This document shows, in pieces, positions 36,458 through 43,170 of a stretch of DNA of 64,000 nt. Source of the stretch: Chitinophagales bacterium (lineage in GTDB: Bacteria > Bacteroidota > Bacteroidia > Chitinophagales > JADIYW01). Position 1 is the first letter of the stretch; each line of letters begins with the position of its first letter. The stretch is taken from NCBI GenBank assembly GCA_020636535.1, contig JACJXT010000011.1:776680-840679 (forward strand), given 5' to 3'. The position numbers and the translations under genes are program-made. The notes under the pieces are model-generated. The model was not told where the DNA came from and searched no databases. It was given only the letters and a program-made list of their open reading frames with translations.

Positions 36458-38074
36458 ATGTCTGTTACTCCAAATATTGCCAACGAAAACAGTGTTCACT
36501 ACGGAGCAGGTGAACAAATGATAGTTGGTGAAAAGCTACCCAATCCATTTTCCATAGAAAATATGTGGAAGGCATACTATAGTTTGGTAGAAAAAGCAAA
36601 AAGCAGTAAAGTAATGTGGATTTATCCACCAGAACCAGTAATGGAAGAAATTTTGGATGAGCCAACTAATAAATATATTAGAATTTTACCAACAGATGAA
36701 GCTGCTTATACGCAATTAAAAGAATTACAAAATGTAAATATATTCGATTTTCCTTTAGATCATGAGATGGCAGAGGGTGGTAATTATTATCATGATCCAA
36801 GTTTACCAGATACTGTTATTACTTGGCAGTATACGGTATTAAAAAATAATGAGTTTATACCTATAAGTATTGGACAGCAACAAATTTTGAATACAGATAT
36901 TTTTTTGTACGAGAATAGCCCTTATTATCCAAATTATGATGAAGCATTTTGGGAGGCATTAGAAGACGAAGCACTATTACTTACAAATGCTACTTATTAT
37001 ATGCGAACAAGCACACCCACAACTACCTTAGCGAGCAAATGGACACCAAGTGGCAGAATTATGATTAAAGATGACCAGCTTGGTTATGATGTTGGTTTAG
37101 AAGGTGCCAAAGTGATGATAAAAAAGTTTTGGAGACATGAGGCCGCTTATACCAATGCTAATGGTTATTTTACTTCGGGTAAACAATTTAGAGGCAAAGT
37201 AGATTACTCTATAAAATGGGAAAGCAACCAAGGTGCAAATGGTTGGGATATAAGAAGTGGTTGGTATGTTCAAGCATATACGGATGGACCCAATAATAAA
37301 GAAGGTAGTTGGAATAGAACATTACATGGAACAGGAAATGATGAACTAGAGATTTTTTATGGTTCCATTCATAGAGGTGTTTACGATGTTTTGGTAAAAG
37401 ACCCTTTTGGTTTGTATAAAGGATTACTGCCTCGATTAAAGATTGGAGGAATGAATAAAAATGGAACAGGCATAACATTGCATGTTACTTCTATTGTAGC
37501 AGGTCCAGATATAAGAATTTATAGAAAAGATGACAATGGTAATATTAAACCAACTTTGCAAGTATATGGAACTACTGCACATGAAGTAGGTCATTCTATA
37601 CAAAGGTCTTATGGTCCAATGAAGTTTGTAACAGGTTCTGGCTTAATAAGAGAGAGTTGGGCTAATGCTGTAGAATGGGCTTTTTGTAATTGGCGGTATA
37701 ATAATAATAATATATACACTACGAATAGTTCTATGCTTAAATGGTATTATTGCAATGATTTTCTAAATATAAAAACGGATGATGATGAAGGGTCTATATA
37801 TACACCTTTGTTTATAGATTTAATGGATAATATTCCGAACAATTCTTTATTAAAATTAGACGGAATAACAGACAGAACTTTAAATGATAATGTTGGTGGC
37901 TATACTTTAGTGCAAATAAGTAATGCTCTAAGATATAAAGGTTGGTTAACGCAACCAGATAAGGTATTAGAAGATATTGAGAACTACCTTATAGATAACT
38001 ATACCAATTCTACCGAAAACAATATAGGTACCTACTTTGATGAGTATAATACTTACAATTACCCTAATAGATAA
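36458..38074 (+). CDS. Putative zinc metallopeptidase (gluzincin-like) lipoprotein. The coordinates give the ORF as it stands; the full form probably starts at ATG 36361 when the repeat number is in frame.
   Basis: HEVGH followed 19 residues later by E (RESWANAVEW), the same spacing as the thermolysin ligands H142/H146/E166. The upstream in-frame sequence encodes the signal/lipobox LLCLLAVCSC. Confidence 0.7.
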   Translation: MSVTPNIANENSVHYGAGEQMIVGEKLPNPFSIENMWKAYYSLVEKAKSSKVMWIYPPEPVMEEILDEPTNKYIRILPTDEAAYTQLKELQNVNIFDFPLDHEMAEGGNYYHDPSLPDTVITWQYTVLKNNEFIPISIGQQQILNTDIFLYENSPYYPNYDEAFWEALEDEALLLTNATYYMRTSTPTTTLASKWTPSGRIMIKDDQLGYDVGLEGAKVMIKKFWRHEAAYTNANGYFTSGKQFRGKVDYSIKWESNQGANGWDIRSGWYVQAYTDGPNNKEGSWNRTLHGTGNDELEIFYGSIHRGVYDVLVKDPFGLYKGLLPRLKIGGMNKNGTGITLHVTSIVAGPDIRIYRKDDNGNIKPTLQVYGTTAHEVGHSIQRSYGPMKFVTGSGLIRESWANAVEWAFCNWRYNNNNIYTTNSSMLKWYYCNDFLNIKTDDDEGSIYTPLFIDLMDNIPNNSLLKLDGITDRTLNDNVGGYTLVQISNALRYKGWLTQPDKVLEDIENYLIDNYTNSTENNIGTYFDEYNTYNYPNR

Positions 38075-38086
38075 AATTTTAGAAAT

Positions 38087-38524
38087 ATGAAAAATTTAAT
38101 CATTTTATTTGTAGTATTTGTAGCTATATCTTGTAAAACAATTTATCCCATACCGAATGAAAGAATAGTTGGCTTTTTTAATAATACCAATAAGGTATTA
38201 TTGTTTAAGTTCTACGATTTGGATGGTTATACAGATAGTTTGACATTTACTTTACAGCCAAATACTGAAATATATCCTGCAGCATTTAATGATAGAGAAC
38301 CATCTGATTTATTACAAGATTCTTTGTATTTAATGTATGATAATACAAAACACCAAATATTTCTAAAATCAGACACTAATTATAATAGCACTAATAGAAA
38401 TGTTTTTTTTACTGATTCCATAAGTTATAAGCGAGAAGATATATTTCAAGGAAAGAATTATCTTTATAAATACACCTACACATTTACCGAAGCAGATTAT
38501 GCAGCAGCAGATTCTATTCCTTAA
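38087..38524 (+). CDS. Small lipoprotein, paralog 1 of 4, ending in TEADYAAADSIP
   Basis: Signal peptide plus lipobox (VAISC). It starts 13 nt after the metallopeptidase stop and carries the shared C-terminal dodecapeptide. Confidence 0.75.
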   Translation: MKNLIILFVVFVAISCKTIYPIPNERIVGFFNNTNKVLLFKFYDLDGYTDSLTFTLQPNTEIYPAAFNDREPSDLLQDSLYLMYDNTKHQIFLKSDTNYNSTNRNVFFTDSISYKREDIFQGKNYLYKYTYTFTEADYAAADSIP

Positions 38525-38549
38525 AATAATTTAATTGGCTAATTAAAAT

Positions 38550-38615
38550 CCAACAGAGAATAATATTGAAACTTATTTTGATGAGTATAGTGATTATAAT
38601 TACCCAAATAGATAA
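38550..38615 (+). pseudogene. Relic copy of the last ~21 codons plus stop of the metallopeptidase gene
   Basis: The stretch tccaacagagaataatattgaaacttattttgatgagtatagtgattataattacccaaatagataa encodes PTENNIETYFDEYSDYNYPNR*. Gene 36458..38074 ends STENNIGTYFDEYNTYNYPNR*. Confidence 0.8.
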
Positions 38616-38626
38616 AGCTAATAAAT

Positions 38627-39055
38627 ATGAAAAATTCAATAATTTTATTTTTAGTTCTTATAATAACATCTTGTGTTAAAGATAAAAATTATACAGATAT
38701 TTATAAATTTAGAAATGAAAGCACTACACTAGTAACTGTTGCCTTATTTAATAATGGTATTCTAAATGATTCATTTTCTCTACAAAATGGAAGAGATACT
38801 GTTTTAGAAGAAGTAAGTAGCATTGGTGGCGGTATACCAAGATTTATTGATGAAAGTGATAGTATCATAATAGTTTTTAATGATATGAAAAAGGTAGTTT
38901 TTTACAAAGATATTTTAAATAATAGGAACATTTTTTTCTCTTCAGCAAATATATATGATATTGAAGTGCAAAGCAATAATAAAAAAGATAAAACTACAAT
39001 ATACACTTATACATTTACCGAAGCAGATTATGCAGCAGCAGATAGTATACCTTAA
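38627..39055 (+). CDS. Small lipoprotein, paralog 2 of 4, ending in TEADYAAADSIP
   Basis: Signal peptide plus lipobox (ITSC). The core is divergent and the last 17 aa are identical to paralog 1. Confidence 0.75.
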   Translation: MKNSIILFLVLIITSCVKDKNYTDIYKFRNESTTLVTVALFNNGILNDSFSLQNGRDTVLEEVSSIGGGIPRFIDESDSIIIVFNDMKKVVFYKDILNNRNIFFSSANIYDIEVQSNNKKDKTTIYTYTFTEADYAAADSIP

Positions 39056-39100
39056 AATAATTTGTATATTTATCAATTATTTAATTGACTAATTATAACT

Positions 39101-39529
39101 ATGAAAACAATATTTTATTTAGTGCTAGCAGTATTCTTGATAATAGCTTGTGAAGAGCCAACAGATACAGGTTATAGTTCAATTTATCATATATATGAAA
39201 ATAAAAGTTCTGTACCTATAACAATCTCATACAAAAATGGTAGTGAAACTGCTTTGGTCTTTTATATTGACAATAATAAAGAAGAAGTTTTTTTTGTTAG
39301 AAAAGGCATGTTAGAAAATTTAGCATTTATTGATACTGCATATATTTATTTTAATAATGAAAAACAGTTGGTATATTCAAAAAGCAATATTACGAATGAA
39401 AGTAGAAGCATTTTTAATGAACAAAATAATTTTACCAAAGAAACTATTACCATTAACGGAAAAGAAGAAACAGCATATAGGTATATCATCACCGAAGCAG
39501 ATTACGCAGCAGCAGATAGTATACCTTAA
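39101..39529 (+). CDS. Small lipoprotein, paralog 3 of 4, ending in TEADYAAADSIP
   Basis: Signal peptide plus lipobox (IIAC). Its N-terminal ~40 aa and C-terminal ~45 aa match paralog 4 almost exactly, while the core is divergent. Confidence 0.75.
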   Translation: MKTIFYLVLAVFLIIACEEPTDTGYSSIYHIYENKSSVPITISYKNGSETALVFYIDNNKEEVFFVRKGMLENLAFIDTAYIYFNNEKQLVYSKSNITNESRSIFNEQNNFTKETITINGKEETAYRYIITEADYAAADSIP

Positions 39530-39575
39530 TAATAATTTGTAAATTTATCAATTATTTAATTGACTAATTATAACT

Positions 39576-40007
39576 ATGAAAACAATATTTTATTTAGTGC
39601 TAGCAGTATTCTTGATAATAGCTTGTGAAGAGCCAACAGATACAGGTTATAGTTCAATTTATCATATATACGAAAATAAAAGTTCTGTTCCTATAGTGAT
39701 ATTATACAAAAATAATAATGGTTCTTTCTTGGATATTGATATTGCTAACAATGAAGAAAAAGAGTATTTAGCAATAAAAGGTATGATTGTTTATATTGCA
39801 TTTGATACTGCTTATATTTACTTTAATAATGAAAAGCAATTAGTATATAATGCTTATAATAGCAATGGTACAAATGGGAATAGAAGTATTTTTGATGAGC
39901 AAAATAATTTTACAAAAGAAACCATTACCATTAACGGAAAAGAAGAAACAGCATATCGATATATTATTACCGAAGCAGATTATGCAGCAGCAGATAGTAT
40001 ACCTTAA
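39576..40007 (+). CDS. Small lipoprotein, paralog 4 of 4, ending in TEADYAAADSIP
   Basis: Same features as paralog 3. The start is offset by 475 bp from paralog 3. Confidence 0.75.
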   Translation: MKTIFYLVLAVFLIIACEEPTDTGYSSIYHIYENKSSVPIVILYKNNNGSFLDIDIANNEEKEYLAIKGMIVYIAFDTAYIYFNNEKQLVYNAYNSNGTNGNRSIFDEQNNFTKETITINGKEETAYRYIITEADYAAADSIP

Positions 40008-40020
40008 CAAGAGACCAACT

Positions 40021-40046
40021 ATGTCAAAATTTTAAACTTTTGACAT
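40021..40046 (+). terminator. Possible terminator hairpin after the lipoprotein array
   Basis: atgtcaaaa-ttttaaac-ttttgacat forms a 9-bp AT-rich stem. The T tract after it is weak. Confidence 0.35.
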
Positions 40047-40055
40047 CCTTATTTA

Positions 40056-40122
40056 ATTCCAAGCTTGTTTCGGAATCTGTAGTAAAAATGGATTAAGAGA
40101 GATTCTGAAATAAATTCAGAAT
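40056..40122 (-). repeat. Solo, inverted, diverged copy of the two-hairpin 125-bp element
   Basis: Contains gtttcggaatctg and attctgaaataaattcagaat, the exact reverse complement of hairpin 1 at 12.6 kb. It lies just downstream of the carboxylase alpha gene. Confidence 0.75.
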
Positions 40123-40136
40123 GGTACTTTAATTTA

Positions 40137-42122
40137 TTACTCTACCATTTTTAATAGTAGTGTTCCTGTTTCTACAAATTGTTTGTCGCTTACAAAAACA
40201 GCTTCTATTGTTCCGTCGCTGTGTGCTTCTATGGTGTTTTCCATTTTCATAGATACCATTACTAATAATGCATCGCCTCGTTTTATACTATCGCCTTCTT
40301 TTACCAATACTTTGCTAATTTCTCCAGGCATTGGTGCTACATACGCTCCTTTTACTTGTTCTTCTGTTGGATTTGGAAATTTATTGACTGTATGCAATAC
40401 AATTTGTCCTAAATTGCTACAATGTATAAAGTAAGTACTATCTAATTGATTAATAGCATATGTTCTTCGTATATTATTAATTTCTAAAATAATAGTATTG
40501 TCTTGTATATCAATTAATGTTGATTGAAATGATTTTTCTGCAAATTGAATTTGTAGTACATTATTATCTACTGTATATTGAATAGGAAATTCAAAGCCAT
40601 TATAACTGTACTTTTCTTGTTGTGCTTGATACAAATTATTTCGCCAAGCAGCAGGAACGCCTTTTGCTAATATTCGTTCTTGTTGTCTTTGTGCAAATCT
40701 AAAATGAATTAAAGCACATGTCAAGTTATCTAATGTATATTGATTATATGCTTCTCCTTTATATTGAAATATCTTATCTAAAAAATGCGTATCGAAATTA
40801 CCTGCTTTAAAATCTTCATTTTCTAACAAAGCAATTAGAAAGTTTTTATTCGTAGTAAATCCACTAATAACTGTTTCTTGCAAAGCCAAATGTAATCGTT
40901 GTATAGCTGTAGCTCTGTCTTTTCCTTTTGCAATAATTTTAGCAATCATTGGATCGTAAAAAGTAGAAATCTCGCTACCTTTTTCAATACCAGTATCGTA
41001 ACGCAAACCTTTTAATTTTGCAGGTTGCCAATCTATAATTTTTCCACTAACAGGCAAGAAATTATTGGCTGGATCTTCTGCATACAATCTAACTTCTATA
41101 GCATGATTTTTTTGATGAATGTCGTTTTGTTGTTTGGGTAAAGCATTGCCTTCTGCTACTACAATTTGCCATTCTACTAAATCTAATCCAGTTATTGCTT
41201 CTGTAACAGGATGTTCTACTTGTAATCTTGTATTAACTTCTAAAAAATAATAATTTTGTTGATGATCTACTATAAATTCAACTGTTCCAGCATTATCATA
41301 ATTGATAGCTTTACAAGCAGCAACAGCAGCAACACCCATTTTATTTCTGGTTTCTTCTAATAAAAATGGAGACGGACTTTCTTCTACTACTTTTTGATAG
41401 CGTCGTTGAATGCTACATTCTCTCTCATATAAATGAACAGCATTGCCTTGTTTGTCTCCAAAAATCTGAAATTCAATATGTCGTGAAGCATCAAAATATT
41501 TTTCGATAAGCAAAGTATCATCACCAAAACTATTTCTCGCTTCATTTTTTGCAGCTTGAATGGCTTTGTCTAATTCGTTTTCAGCTCGTACAATACGCAT
41601 TCCTTTTCCACCACCACCAGCACTTGCTTTTAGTAAAACAGGAAATCCAATTTTAATGGCTTCTTGTTTAATAGTGACTTCGCTTTGGTCATCGCCTTGA
41701 TAACCAGGAATAGTTGGCACACCATTGCTTTGCATAATTTTTTTAGCTTCAATCTTAGAACCCATTGTAGCAATAGCATTAGGATTTGGTCCAACCCAAA
41801 TGATGTTGTTGTCGATGACTTGTTGAGCAAATGCAGCATTTTCAGATAAAAAACCATAACCAGGATGAATAGCATTAGCACCAGTTTGTTTAGCCACATC
41901 TAAAATTTTATCTATAATAAGATATGATTCGTTTGCTTGATTACCACCAATGCGTACTGCTTCATCTGCATATTTTACAAACAAGCTATTGGCATCGGCA
42001 TCAGAATAAACAGCTACAGTAGCAATGCCCATTTTTTTGCACGATTTAAAAATGCGTATGGCAATTTCACCACGATTGGCAACAAGCAGTTTAGTGATTT
42101 TATTTGGAGTTGTCATTTTCAT
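40137..42122 (-). CDS. Biotin-dependent acyl-CoA carboxylase alpha subunit (biotin carboxylase + BCCP), probably 3-methylcrotonyl-CoA carboxylase
   Basis: ATP-grasp motifs (GGGGKGMR, EVNTRLQVEHPVTE) and a C-terminal biotinyl-lysine motif SMKMEN. It is paired with an MCC-type beta subunit. Confidence 0.85.
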   Translation of the reverse strand: MKMTTPNKITKLLVANRGEIAIRIFKSCKKMGIATVAVYSDADANSLFVKYADEAVRIGGNQANESYLIIDKILDVAKQTGANAIHPGYGFLSENAAFAQQVIDNNIIWVGPNPNAIATMGSKIEAKKIMQSNGVPTIPGYQGDDQSEVTIKQEAIKIGFPVLLKASAGGGGKGMRIVRAENELDKAIQAAKNEARNSFGDDTLLIEKYFDASRHIEFQIFGDKQGNAVHLYERECSIQRRYQKVVEESPSPFLLEETRNKMGVAAVAACKAINYDNAGTVEFIVDHQQNYYFLEVNTRLQVEHPVTEAITGLDLVEWQIVVAEGNALPKQQNDIHQKNHAIEVRLYAEDPANNFLPVSGKIIDWQPAKLKGLRYDTGIEKGSEISTFYDPMIAKIIAKGKDRATAIQRLHLALQETVISGFTTNKNFLIALLENEDFKAGNFDTHFLDKIFQYKGEAYNQYTLDNLTCALIHFRFAQRQQERILAKGVPAAWRNNLYQAQQEKYSYNGFEFPIQYTVDNNVLQIQFAEKSFQSTLIDIQDNTIILEINNIRRTYAINQLDSTYFIHCSNLGQIVLHTVNKFPNPTEEQVKGAYVAPMPGEISKVLVKEGDSIKRGDALLVMVSMKMENTIEAHSDGTIEAVFVSDKQFVETGTLLLKMVE

Positions 42123-42227
42123 CTTTTTTATTTAATTTTGTAGTAGAGAGAACTATACAATAAGGAAGCGTTTTGGGCGTGTGAGAAAAGGCATTATGCA
42201 TAATTCGCCTTATTTGAAGTTCTCTTT

Positions 42228-42662
42228 TTATTTTTTCTTTTTATACATAGTTGTAAAAATAAGTTTATATCCTCTTTTAGAAACTCTTAATGCCTCAATT
42301 ATTAATAAAGATTCGTCTATCTTTTTACTGTATCTCAATAAATCTTGTTTCAATGAATTTTTTCCAATGTATTCTATTTTATCAGGATGAATATAAACTT
42401 CAGGTAACAGTATAAAATCATCTATAGTAATAGCTATTTGTCCTTGTTTTGCTTCTTTTGTAGGACTTCCGTGTTTTCCTAAAGCATGTCGAATCATATA
42501 ACTATCAATAATTCTTTCTACACCTTCTAAATTTATATTTATTAAACCTTCAATTTCTTTAGCTTGTTTTTTAGATACTTTGCCTATAACCAACTCTCTT
42601 TTTTTATTTGTTTCAGATGTTAAAGCATATTCTACTAAATCTTGTATATCTTTCTTCATCAT
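42228..42662 (-). CDS. Hypothetical protein, possibly a small nuclease-like domain
   Basis: 144-aa ORF between the hotdog gene and the carboxylase alpha gene. It carries the motif MIRHALGKHGSP...GQIAITIDDF and a lysine tail. Confidence 0.4.
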   Translation of the reverse strand: MMKKDIQDLVEYALTSETNKKRELVIGKVSKKQAKEIEGLININLEGVERIIDSYMIRHALGKHGSPTKEAKQGQIAITIDDFILLPEVYIHPDKIEYIGKNSLKQDLLRYSKKIDESLLIIEALRVSKRGYKLIFTTMYKKKK

Positions 42663-42676
42663 AATAATAAATAAAA

Positions 42677-43159
42677 TTATTTCTTTTTAGGAATCCAAGC
42701 CCAAATCATTTCTGCTTTAATGACTTCATTATCGGTTTCGTCGGTAACTTTTACAGCTACACTTACTTCGCCTTTATCGGTTTCCATAATATTTAATATT
42801 TGTTCATCTGTTAGCGTAGCAACTGCTTTAATAGCCCCTTTGGTTCTTCTAACAAAATTAATGTTCATAGTTTTAATTAAAGGCAATTTGTCGTCAGGTA
42901 AATTATAACCTACTAAAATTCCCGTAGCAGTTTCTGCCAATAAAGCCATGGCTGCTGCATGTACTTGTCCGATATGATTACGAACTTTTCTCTTATTAGC
43001 AACACTTACTATTAATTCGTTATTGGTAATTTTTTCAAAATGGATATTGCTAGTTCCTACAAAAGGTACAACGGTACCTATTAAAGTAGAAACACCTTTC
43101 ATTTGTAAAAAATCTGGTAAAAAATTAAGTTGATTTAGTGATTTATTTAATTTATTCAT
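42677..43159 (-). CDS. Hotdog-fold thioesterase (PaaI/DUF4442-like)
   Basis: 160 aa. The GQVHAAAMALLAETATG pattern is typical of PaaI-type hotdog proteins. Confidence 0.65.
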   Translation of the reverse strand: MNKLNKSLNQLNFLPDFLQMKGVSTLIGTVVPFVGTSNIHFEKITNNELIVSVANKRKVRNHIGQVHAAAMALLAETATGILVGYNLPDDKLPLIKTMNINFVRRTKGAIKAVATLTDEQILNIMETDKGEVSVAVKVTDETDNEVIKAEMIWAWIPKKK

Positions 43160-43170
43160 ATTATATATAA

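Noticed and set aside
39330-40035. ORFs 39330..39542 and 39850..40035 overlapping the ends of lipoprotein paralogs 3 and 4
   Set aside because: They are alternative-frame readings of the duplicated 3' segments. They lack signal sequences and independent conservation, and the in-frame lipoprotein genes explain the sequence.
42181-42390. Plus-strand 69-aa ORF in the gap next to the carboxylase alpha gene
   Set aside because: It overlaps the better-supported minus-strand 144-aa ORF. Its product is a low-complexity hydrophobic, AT-driven translation.
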